A stretch of DNA of 20,000 nt, from NCBI GenBank assembly GCA_965178125.1, contig OZ237763.1, forward strand, positions 861,870 to 881,869. Direction: 5' to 3'. The DNA comes from Bilabrum cf. latius. Lineage: Eukaryota. Below the pieces are notes generated by a model. That model searched no databases, was not told the origin of the DNA, and saw nothing but the letters and a program-made list of their open reading frames with translations. The position numbers and the translations under genes are program-made. Shown in pieces: positions 1 to 10,012 of the stretch; the first letter of the stretch is position 1, and the number at the start of each line of letters is the position of its first letter.

Positions 1-1966
1 GCCCGGGCAGTGTCGCTGTTGCAACTGGTGGCTTATCAGTTTTGCTAGCCGGTGTGGTGCTTGGCACTTTAGAGCGTTTAGCGGCGCTTGCTCCTTTACG
101 CCGTCTGGCAGCAGACCCACCACCTTTCTTCAGTGATGCAACAGCCGCTTTTCTTTTCTCTTCGTCCAACTGGGCCTCTGCAGCGGCTGCAGCCTCCGCA
201 TCCTTGGCTGCTTTCGAGAGTGCCTCGGTTCTGGCATCTTGCGCCGCTTTTGCAGCCCGCTCCAGCTCTACCATCCTTCGCTTCATCCTCTCATTCTCCT
301 CCTTTGCCCGCATCAGCTCCTGCTATGCTTGTGACGCCTTCACTTGCAGCGAGCTCGCTTGCTGGGCCACTGTGGAAGCCTCCATATCTCGCTGCGCGAG
401 CCTTGACTCTAGCTCCTGAATTCGCTTCTCTGCCTCTCTTGCAGCTGCCGACTTACCCCCCGAAAGCCTTCCAGGAAGCCTTTTCTGCTTAACCTTTGAT
501 TTTTCCTTGGGTTTCTTGGTCGCTGTTGGACTTGCCCCCTCCCCGCTGCCGGGGGTGCTCTTCGCGGCGGAGTCAGCTTCGGGCGCAGCCGGCGCGGTCG
601 TGATGCCGCCTGCAGATCGATGGACTGCACGACCGTTGCTTGCTTGTGCTTCGCTGCCACCATCAAACTGGAGTGTACTGCCAGGTTTCGAAGCTGTTTC
701 GCGTAAATCGGTACGGCTGGCGGCTGAACCCTGCTGCGCCACGACTGGCGATGCCTGGCTCTATCCAAGCGAGGCAGGCCAGTCACTTGTCAATTTCACA
801 CCTCTCTCTGCACTCTTCACGGGACTGATACCAACACCTGTAGCGAGTGCCCCGGCCTGGCCCGTGGTTGCCGAGCCCGAGGGTTGGTGCTCCAAAGAAG
901 ACTGATCCTGTTTCGATTCCAACGGATCTACGGATGAGCCGCCGGTAGAAGGCTCGAGACGTTCGGGGGCTGCTGCAGGGCTTGAAACGACCGGCTTGCC
1001 ACTGAATGCGATGTCGCCAGTCCCTACCTGTTTTGCGTCATCAGACTTCGAGTCTCCTGCTTGCGCACGACCTGGCTGTGCCACTCTGGACTCAACCTCA
1101 CCATTGTCTCCATTGCGAGCGAGGACAAGAACTTCGGTTTCACGCTAGTCGTGCCCCCTGGCGGGTCCATCGCCGCTATCCTCCCGCCTTTCGCCGCCGT
1201 CGAGCTCTGCTGCAGCGTCCTCGTCCTCGTCCTCGTCCATTGGAACCAGAGGCCTCTCGCTTGCCCGGCGTAACCAAGCCATCCACTCCTTGCCCATCTC
1301 TTCTGTCGGCGCCCTAAACTAAAGTGATCGCGGCTTGCTTATAACTGGGTCACTTGTGAGCTCGGGATCCCCGCGGAGCTGGCAGCTGACTGTGAACACA
1401 GCGTTGAACGGCACGCCTCGAGCCCCGGCACCGGAGGCTGCCCCCTTTGCTTCCCCTGACTCGCCAGCAGTCACCTCCAGCTCTGATATCTTGCATCCAA
1501 GCAGGTCAACTTCACCAAGTGGTGGATCACTCTTCGATTTGCACCAGTACAGGCGACATCCACGCACTCGGCAGAAGCGGCGCTTCCAGCTGCCGCTGCC
1601 TGGAGAGGCACGTTTGTCCAGCCACCCGTCTCCGCTGACACCGGATCGGCTTGCTCCCCGCAACAAGGTCAGCCAAGACTGTAGATGCTACTCTGATGGC
1701 GCCTGAAACGCAAGTCGTCTGCCGAATGCATCGGCACAAGCAAGCATGTGATCACGATTGTGCACTGCCTTGCTCACCGCATCCACTATTCCACCGCACA
1801 CATTGACGTAACCTTTGATTGCCCCGAGCTTGCTGGGTGATTTGGGATCTTTTTCCGCGTAGTGTAGCACGCCATGTCGAAACAAGCATTGCCGCTGCTT
1901 CCACGATCGAATCCAGCTACCTTCTTTCTCGATCTCGCCCCGAAACTCGAAAGGACACGATATCAT
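1..1966 (-). CDS. Tandem PH-domain protein with low-complexity linker and coiled coil; 3'-partial; contains 5 in-frame TAG codons
   Basis: ORFs 1688-1966, 1319-1666, 761-1084 and 323-742 share one frame. Manual translation from ATG (1964-1966) to the window edge finds only TAG interruptions (1688, 1319, 1145, 761, 323). PH1: 'GEIEKEGSWIRSWKQRQCLF..LHY...AFQAPSE*HLQSWLTLL'. PH2: 'GWLDKR...SWKRRFCRV..LYW...PLGEVDL...SL*FRAPTEEMGKEWMAWL'. Coiled coil: 'EAEKRIQELESRLAQR...QA*QELMRAKEENERMKRRMVELE'. Confidence 0.88.
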
Positions 1967-2130
1967 TGTATAAGTTAAGTCAAGAGCTCGCTCAACTGGT
2001 CATCAACCACGCTCTGGCTCTTCAATTGAGGGAGTTGCGGGCCGTCATATCTCGTCTAAGTGCTCGCAACTATCAGAGGCAGCCGTTTCGAACGATCCTG
2101 ACGCTCAGAGAGTGCCCAGCTGGGGTCATC
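1967..2130. promoter_or_regulatory. 164-bp intergenic region between head-to-head genes; probable bidirectional promoter
   Basis: Lies between the PH-gene ATG (1966, minus) and the BBS7 ATG (2131, plus). The call is positional; no specific motif was identified. Confidence 0.5.
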
Positions 2131-5100
2131 ATGGAGGTTCACATGTCATCTAGAGATTTGTTTCGCGTTGGACCTGTAGGCTACCGGGGTACGCTGCAGG
2201 TCCTTCCGAAAGGTAAAAAATCGAAAGTGAGTTATTTGCCTGCAAATGTATAGTCCTTCAGAGAGCTGTGTTCAACATTTTTGCAGATTCAAATTAAGTC
2301 CATATATCTTGCAGCCAAAAGTGGTCATTGGTGATGATTCAGGGTCAGTTCATTGCATAGAAGTCGACAAAGGAGTTGCAAAAGTGAGCGAGAGCAGAAC
2401 CATTCGCACTGAACCACGCTTTTAGTAAGTATTTCGTTGCGGTGGTTGACTTACCATTTTACGGCATGTTTTGTCCTCTCGTTCACAGAGAGCCTTCAAG
2501 ACTGATGCAAGCTCAAAGCCGGTCTCCTCGGTGACACTCGGTGGGGCCCCGACAAAGAAAGACAGAGTCTTCTACTCCACCTCTCAAACCATCACTGGGG
2601 TATCGAAGAAAGGAAAAGAGTTTTTCCGTTTCGATACGACACTCTCGGAGACAATAACTTCATCGTTCTCTGAAGAGACGAGGCTGTGGCTAGCGGCATC
2701 CACGGACTACGGTCTGTTCGACAACGGAACAGAAATGGAGTCTTACGCCGCACCAGATGCTATCCAAGACCTTGCAGTCGCAAATGTGACAAGAGACACG
2801 GAACCTGACGCAGTCCTTGCTTGCAAAGACGGGGCCGTAAGAGTGATCGCGGCGGGGTCGTCCGTCCTCGAGTACCGCCAGGGCAGCGGAACCGTGAGCG
2901 CGGGCTCCTCGGCAGCTGGTGCCGCAGCAGCCGCGGCATCTATCGGTGGTGGCGGCAGTGCAAGCGCTGCTGCTGCTGGGGCTCGGTCGGCCGGCGGTGT
3001 ATCGGGCGCCCGAAGCGTTCACTACTACCACCCTACTCTGCTGCGCGGAGAGTCTGCCTCGCTGCCCGCCTCTTCCGCTGCAGCCAAGGAGATGGCCAGC
3101 TCTTTGCCTGCCGGAAGCACCATCCCTGCCCCTCGAGCCGGACGCGGTCACCTGCCTCCGCCCCTGAGTCCGAGTCGCGCGAGGCATTTCCTGGTGGGCT
3201 CCGGGGCGGGGAGCGTGGCTCTGCTGCTTGCAGCCAGCGATGCAGTGCAGCCGCGGTGGACGCTGATGCCTTCTCGCGGGAGGGCGGGAGGTGGCACCGT
3301 GAACGCGATCACCTCGCTGGATGTGACTGGGGACGGCAGTCTGGACGTGGTGGTGGGCAGGGACGACGGGAGCGTGGATGTGCTGGGCGCGGAGGCAGGC
3401 CCACACGACCCCGCGGTGGTGTTCTCGCACCAGGTCGGGGACGCAGTGCAGAGCCTGCAAGCAGCTGCGGTACCCTCACCCGGTGACGGCGAGGTGCTGG
3501 CCGTGTCATTCTCGGGCAAGCTGGTGTCGCTGACCACTGAGTCGCTGTCAGCTGCGGCGGAGGGGGACAGCTACGGGCGCAGCAAGGAGGTGGTGGAGCG
3601 GGAGGCCAGAGTAGTGGCGCTCCGGTCCGAGATGAGTGCCTTGGAGAAGCAGGTGGAGAAGCAGCGATAGAGCATGTTGGATGCTTGGAAGAGCAGCGGG
3701 TTCTCCACGCCGGCCCTGGAGGCCATCGAGCAGGCGGCGGGGGCGGCGGGGGGTACGGGTGCGGGTGCGGGTGGGGGTGTCGCGAATGCAGGTGTGGTGG
3801 GCCAGGCCGCGGGACTAATGGCGCTTGCAGAGCCAGTCACTGCCGAGTGCCGATTGGAGGTGGATGAGGCAACTGCCAGCTACAGGATCGCGGTTGAATC
3901 TGCCTCGCTGGTAGAGAGCGTATCGTTGCTCAGCCCGGTGCCTCTGGAGATTCTCAAGACGGATCACAGCGCCAATGCCATCGTGTCCAAGACACAGCAG
4001 GAGGCGGCAAGGGGGGCCCAGGCAGCCCCGGCTAGCGGTCCGGAGGAGGCCAAGCCGGACCCACATGAGGATGCGTACGGCCCGGCGGGTTGCGACAAGT
4101 GGTCCTCTGTTCACACATTCCGATGCCAGGAACTCTCGCACAGGCTAGAACTGAGGGCGAGGGCCAGGGAGGGTCAGACAGGCGACGTTGAGGTGGTGGT
4201 CATCGCAGAACCTGGGGCGGCCGGGCGGCAGGCAGCTGCGGTCGAGACTGTCCGCATCCGTCCGCTGTCACTCCACTGCAGGTGCAGCGACAGCGCATTC
4301 GATGACGCAGTGCAAGCAGGCGCGAGCGCACCTGCAGGAGACGACCCCTCGCAGTCATGGCTCGCGGAAGCGGGGGCCAAGGCGCAAGCAGCCGCTGCCT
4401 CGCATGACTCGCAGGGGGCTCTGGTCGTTCGCGGGGAGTTCTCGCTTGGAAGGGCTCACGACTGGATCGAGCAGCTGCTTCCAGGTGTGCCCACACGCGC
4501 CGATACTGAGTCCGCCGCAGCTCGCTACGCGGAGCACGCGGCCACAGAGCGAGGCGTGCATGCCGGAGCCTCTGCGTCGGAAGTTGGTAAGCTGATGCCG
4601 CTGTCCGCGACGACTGGTGGCGCCGCAGATTCAGATGGAGCCTCAAGCGTTGAGGCTTCTGCAGCAAGTGGCCGGGGAGGAGGGCCGTCCTCTCGAGCAG
4701 TTCTCGTGTTCAGGAACTCGTTGGTGGGAACGCTGCTGCGCGCTGACTACTGCCGCGGTGAGATGGTGCTGCGGTCGTGCAACGCATCGTCCTTGGCGAT
4801 CGCGAGGGATTGGCTGCTCCAGCGCGCAGCAGCAGACAAGCTGAGCCTACAGGTGGACTGGCACATGCCTACTGCGTCTCTCAGGGCGGCTTGGGGCATG
4901 CTACACCCTCGGCTTCGATACGCCGCGTCGCTTTCAAAGCGAGCTGACCTGGCTGATGCTGTCAAGGAAGTAGCATTGTAGGAGGACGGCGACAGACCAT
5001 GGTTGTCGCAGGAGCTTAAAGACGTACTGCAGCACGGTAGCAGGTACAGGCGTGAGCTAGAGTCGCAACCCAACAAGCTTGAGGCACTGCAGTGTGTGCT

Positions 5101-5305
5101 GGAGGACCTCTTCATGCATCACCACAAGGCTCTCGGCGGTGACGTGTCAGCCCACGTTGAGGAACTGATGGCAGCCGCCAAAGAGGCCTACGAGTTCAAG
5201 TCGGAGGATGCTGCGGTCCAAGTTGGGTTCTCGGCTAGAGCCGACATGGGCAAAGTGGCACATGACTAGATGCTTGCTCTGCTAGAGCAATCTGGGGGTG
5301 ACTGA
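2131..5305 (+). CDS. BBS7: Bardet-Biedl syndrome 7 protein (BBSome subunit); join(2131..2226,2315..2383,2489..5305), about 993 aa, with 3 in-frame TAG codons
   Basis: Recalled BBS7 motifs appear in the expected order: 'MEVHMSSRDLFRVG', 'KVVIGDDSGSVHC', 'FKT...VTLGG', 'ITGVSKKGKEFFRFDTTLSETI', 'AVLACKDGAVRVI', 'DVTGDGSLDVVVGRDDGSVDV', 'FSGKLVSLTTE', 'TFRCQE..RLEL', 'IRPLSLHCR', 'GEFSLGRAHDWI', 'FRNSLVGTLL', 'LEDLF'. In-frame TAG at 3668, 4979 and 5267; the first TGA is at 5303-5305. The gene would end at 5269 if the last TAG is a true stop. Confidence 0.93.
2227..2314 (+). other. Spliceosomal intron 1 of BBS7 (88 bp)
   Basis: GTGAGT donor and ...tcttgcAG acceptor. Removal joins 'KGKKSK' to 'PKVVIGDD' in frame. 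Confidence 0.85.
2384..2488 (+). other. Spliceosomal intron 2 of BBS7 (105 bp)
   Basis: GTGAGC donor, a pyrimidine tract and cacAG acceptor. Removal joins 'DKGVAK' to 'RAFKT' in frame. Confidence 0.85.
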
Positions 5306-5359
5306 TTCAGGATCTGAAACCTGTCTCGGGATTTCTTTTCATATAAAGGATGTACGTTC

Positions 5360-5645
5360 CGGGGCTCACTCAGCCCACCTCCCATGCAGCCCAACCTCCA
5401 TCCGGGGCGCACCCAGCCCACTTCCCATGCAGCCCAACCTCCATCCGGGGCGCACCCAGCCCACTTCCCATACAGCCCAACCTCCATCCGGGGCGGACCC
5501 GGCCCACATCCCACGCAGCCCAACCTCCATCCGGGGCGCACCCAGCCCACCTCCCATGCAGCCCAACCTCCATCCGGGGCGCACCCAGCCCACTTCCCAT
5601 GCAGCCCAACCTCCATCTGGGGCGCACCCAGCCCACCTCCCATCC
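5360..5645. repeat. 43-bp C-rich minisatellite, about 6.5 copies
   Basis: Unit cagcccacytcccatgcagcccaacctccatccggggcgcacc; starts at 5371, 5414, 5457 and onward. Confidence 0.95.
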
Positions 5646-5682
5646 GTGACCCCACAGATCTTGTCGTGTAGTTGACTCGGAA

Positions 5683-5718
5683 TAGGGTTAGGGTTAGGGT
5701 TAGGGTTAGGGTTAGGGT
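5683..5718 (+). repeat. Internal telomere tract 1, (TTAGGG)x6
   Basis: Direct reading. Confidence 0.97.
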
Positions 5719-7212
5719 ATCAGGGGGTCAACTTATACTTAGGGTCGGCCATTTTCGGCTTTTACGCTAGCGCGGTTCAGGGAACAAGACCCATATATTC
5801 TGATTGGGCATGCTTTAAAACCTAGGTTACAACTCCGAGTCGGGTCATAACTCTCCGCGGCGCCGCGGTTCCGCAGGGTTAGTGAAATCCGTCAGGGCCG
5901 TGTGCCGCCATGGGGTGGATCCGGAGTCGATATGTATAGACACCATTGTGTGCCCCGCGATGTGTACATACGATTCGACACTTGAAACGCAGCGATTGCA
6001 TGTGTTCCGGCCGAGATATGGAGGACATCCGACTTTTTTGCGCAGGTCGGATCTCCAAAATCAGTCGGAGATCCGACCTATGCGTTCGGGCGTGTCCAGG
6101 TCTACAGATGAGCGTTTGATGTTTGGTTTTCGATACAGAAGATGTATCGGGGTCCATGCCACCCGAGGAACACACACCAGGTGGTGTCAGGTACCGCGGC
6201 GCCGCGGTTCCGCAGGGTCAGTGAAATCCGTCAGGGCCGTGTGCCGCCATGGGGTGGATCCGGAGTCGATATGTATAGACACCATTGTGTGCCCCGCGAT
6301 GTGTACATACGATTCGACACTTGAAACGCAGCGATTGCATGTGTTCCGGCCGAGATATGGAGGACATCCGACTTTTTTGCGCAGGTCGGATCTCCAAAAT
6401 CAGTCGGAGATCCGACCTATGCGTTCGGGCGTGTCCAGGTCTACAGATGAGCGTTTGATGTTTGGTTTTCGATGCAGAAGATGTATCGGGGTCCATGCCA
6501 CCCGAGGAACACACACCAGGTGGTGTCAGGTACCGCGGCGCCGCGGTTCCGCAGGGTCAGTGAAATCCGTCAGGGCCGTGTGCCTCCATGGGGTGGATCC
6601 GGAGTCGATATGTATAGACACCATTGTGTGCCCCGCGATGTGTACATACGATTCGACACTTGAAACGCAGCGATTGCATGTGTTCCGGCCGAGATATGGA
6701 GGACATCCGACTTTTTTGCGCAGGTCGGATCTCCAAAATCAGTCGGAGATCCGACCTATGCGTTCGGGCGTGTCAAGGTCTACAGATGAGCGTTTGATGT
6801 TTGGTTTTCGATGCAGAAGATGTATCGGGGTCCATGCCACCCGAGGAACACACACCAGGTGGTGTCAGGTACCGCGGCGCCGCGGTTCCGCAGGGTCAGT
6901 GAAATCCGTCAGGGCCGTGTGCCTCCATGGGGTGGATCCGGAGTCGATATGTATAGACACCATTGTGTGCCCCGCGATGTGTACATACGATTCGACACTT
7001 GAAACGCAGCGATTGCATGTGTTCCGGCCGAGATATGGAGGACATCCGACTTTTTTGCGCAGGTCGGATCTCCAAAATCAGTCGGAGATCCGACCTATGC
7101 GTTCGGGCGTGTCCAGGTCTACAGATGAGCGTTTGATGTTTTGTTTTCGATGCAGAAGATGTATCGGGGTCCATGCCACCCGGGGAACACACACCAGGTG
7201 GTGTTAGGTACC
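5719..7212. repeat. Cassette A: ~136-bp unique leader plus 4 copies of a 339-bp tandem repeat
   Basis: Units start with ccgcggcgccgcggttccgcagg at 5855, 6194, 6533 and 6872; copies are near-identical. Confidence 0.95.
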
Positions 7213-7213
7213 T

Positions 7214-7495
7214 TTAGGGTTAGGGTTGGGTTAGGGTTAGGGTTAGGGTTAGGGTTAGGGTTAGGGTTAGGGTTAGGGTTAGGGTTAGGGTTAGGGTTAG
7301 GGTTAGGGTTAGGGTTAGGGTTAGGGTTAGGGTTAGGGTTAGGGTTAGGGTTAGGGTTAGGGTTAGGGTTAGGGTTAGGGTTAGGGTTAGGGTTAGGGTT
7401 AGGGTTAGGGTTAGGGTTAGGGTTAGGGTTAGGGTTAGGGTTAGGGTTAGGGTTAGGGTTAGGGTTAGGGTTAGGGTTAGGGTTAGGGTTAGGGT
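7214..7495 (+). repeat. Internal telomere tract 2, about 47 TTAGGG repeats
   Basis: Direct reading; one TTGGG variant near the proximal end. Confidence 0.97.
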
Positions 7496-8224
7496 ATCTA
7501 ATATAAAGTCAGGGACAGGGTCGGGGAAAAAATATTTTCATCTTCATTTTTTTGTCGAAAATGTGCCCTCTGCGATCTCAGCAACTAGAATAGGTATGAA
7601 GATGATTCAAACTGTTTTGGGATGGCCTAGGGCCATATCATGGGGCAAATGTTCCCCAGGTTCCGTTTTGACCGCGCGGCGACGATACTGGCTGATGAAG
7701 ATTTACATGCCGAAAATGTGCCCTCTGCGATCTCAGCAACTAGAATAGGTATGAAGATGATTCAAACTGTTTTGGGATGGCCTAGGGCCATATCATGGGG
7801 CAAATGTTCCCCAGGTTCCGTTTTGACCGTGCGGCGACGATACTGGCTGATGAAGATTTACATGCCGAAAATGTGCCCTCTGCGATCTCAGCAACTAGAA
7901 TAGGTATGAAGATGATTCAAACTGTTTTGGGACGGCCTAGGGCCATATCATGGGGCAAATGTTCCCCAGGTTCCGTTTTGACCGCGCGGCGACGATACTG
8001 GCTGATGAAGATTTACATGCCGTAAATGTGCCCTCTGCGATCTCAGCAACTAGAATAGGTATGAAGATGATTCAAACTGTTTTGGGACGGCCTAGGGCCA
8101 TATCATGGGGCAAATGTTCCCCAGGTTCCGTTTTGACCGCGCGGCGACGATACTGGCTGATGAAGATTTACATGCCGAAAATGTGCCCTCTGCGATCTCA
8201 GCAACTAGAATAGGTATGAAGATG
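7496..8224. repeat. Cassette B: ~60-bp leader plus about 4.3 copies of a 155-bp tandem repeat
   Basis: Units start with cg(a/t)aaatgtgccctctgcg at 7556, 7711, 7866, 8021 and 8176 (last one truncated). Confidence 0.95.
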
Positions 8225-8376
8225 GTTAGGGTTAGGGTTAGGGTTAGGGTTAGGGTTAGGGTTAGGGTTAGGGTTAGGGTTAGGGTTAGGGTTAGGGTTA
8301 GGGTTAGGGTTAGGGTTAGGGTTAGGGTTAGGGTTAGGGTTAGGGTTAGGGTTAGGGTTAGGGTTAGGGTTAGGGT
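8224..8376 (+). repeat. Internal telomere tract 3, about 25 TTAGGG repeats
   Basis: Direct reading. Confidence 0.97.
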
Positions 8377-9913
8377 ATCTGGGGGTCATGTTAGGATCGG
8401 GGCACGCCCATTTTTGCACCAAAAAATAAACCGTCGCACATTATATATATTTAGATAGCCCTTGATGCGTAGATATCCGTAAAAATTTTGCCTAGGGTCG
8501 ATTTCTCAATATTAAGCGAGATACGCGGAGGTCTAGGGTCACCATGGGAGCGTCAAATTTCAGGGGCCTGTTTGGGTTGTATGTGGATCGATTGGAGTGT
8601 GCATGCGTGTATGTGGTTGTTCCCTGTGGCCAACAATGTGGAATGCACCGCTCGTGTGCCCTGTCAGTGCTTCGGCGGCGCCGGTTCCGCAGGCGGCTTG
8701 AAATGGCTTGTGCGAGCGGTTTCGCCAAGGGGTCGATCCGGAGTCGATATTGTCAGGCCCCATCCGACGCGTCTCGATGCGTAGATATCCGTAAAAATTT
8801 TGCCTAGGGTCGATTTCTCAATATTAAGCGAGATACGCGGAGGTCTAGGGTTGGCAGGTGGGCGCCAGGACGGGTACTCAGGGGCTGTGTGAGCGGGCCT
8901 GTTTGGGTTGTATGTGGATCGATTGGAGTGTGCATGCGTGTATGTGGTTGTTCCCTGTGGCCAACAATGTGGAATGCACCGCTCGTGTGCCCTGTCAGTG
9001 CTTCGGCGGCGCCGGTTCCGCAGGCGGCTTGAAATGGCTTGTGCGAGCGGTTTCGCCAAGGGGTCGATCCGGAGTCGATATTGTCAGGCCCCATCCGACG
9101 CGTCTCGATGCGTAGATATCCGTAAAAATTTTGCCTAGGGTCGATTTCTCAATATTAAGCGAGATACGCGGAGGTCTAGGGTTGGCAGGTGGGCGCCAGG
9201 ACGGGTACTCAGGGGCTGTGTGAGCGGGCCTGTTTGGGTTGTATGTGGATCGATTGGAGTGTGCATGCGTGTATGTGGTTGTTCCCTGTGGCCAACAATG
9301 TGGAATGCACCGCTCGTGTGCCCTGTCAGTGCTTCGGCGGCGCCGGTTCCGCAGGCGGCTTGAAATGGCTTGTGCGAGCGGTTTCGCCAAGGGGTCGATC
9401 CGGAGTCGATATTGTCAGGCCCCATCCGACGCGTCTCGATGCGTAGATATCCGTAAAAATTTTGCCTAGGGTCGATTTCTCAATATTAAGCGAGATACGC
9501 GGAGGTCTAGGGTTGGCAGGTGGGCGCCAGGACGGGTACTCAGGGGCTGTGTGAGCGGGCCTGCTTGGGTTGTATGTGGATCGATTGGAGTGTGCATGTG
9601 TGTATGTGGTTGTTCCCTGTGGCCAACAATGTGGAATGCACCGCTCGTGTGCCCTGTCAGTGCTTCGGCGGCGCCGGTTCCGCAGGCGGCTTGAAATGGC
9701 TTGTGCGAGCGGTTTCGCCAAGGGGTCAATCCGGAGTCGATATTGTCAGGCCCCATCCGACGCGTCTCGATGCGTAGATATCCGTAAAAATTTTGCCTAG
9801 GGTCGATTTCTCAATATTAAGCGAGATACGCGGAGGTCTAGGGTTGGCAGGTGGGCGCCAGGACGGGTACTCAGGGGCTGTGTGAGCGGGCCTGTTTGGG
9901 TTGTATGTGGATC
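8377..9913. repeat. Cassette C copy 1: ~87-bp leader, a 312-bp variant first unit, then 331-bp repeats (about 4.4 units in total)
   Basis: Units start with gatgcgtagatatcc at 8464, 8776, 9107, 9438 and 9769; truncated at 9913 and followed by a single TTAGGG. Confidence 0.95.
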
Positions 9914-10012
9914 TTAGGGTTTTTTTATTGAGGTTTAGGGTTGGATCAGAAGAGTGAATCAGTGATATACATGGTTCGATTGGCAGTGAGGATTACTTTG
10001 AACTTAGGCATT

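Noticed and set aside
2281-2286. Alternative acceptor ttgcAG for BBS7 intron 1
   Set aside because: It is 28 nt upstream of 2315 and would shift the conserved KVVIGD motif out of frame.
1-5305. Pseudogene, frameshift or A-to-I editing explanations for the broken ORFs
   Set aside because: All interruptions are TAG, with no indels, and splice sites and motifs are intact. Editing would give Trp, which fits poorly at these polar helix and coiled-coil positions.
5882-7207. 441-aa ORF of 113-aa repeats in cassette A
   Set aside because: It arises because 339 is divisible by 3. There is no ATG at the called start, no recognisable domain, and the related 331-bp unit does not preserve the frame.
7685-7740. 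Hammerhead-like CTGATGA...CGAAA in the 155-bp repeat (also CTGAAGA near 12053 and minus-strand CTGATGA near 12183)
   Set aside because: I could not build stems I-III around the core: there is no stem II pairing and no matching NUH. An Infernal search with hammerhead models would settle it.
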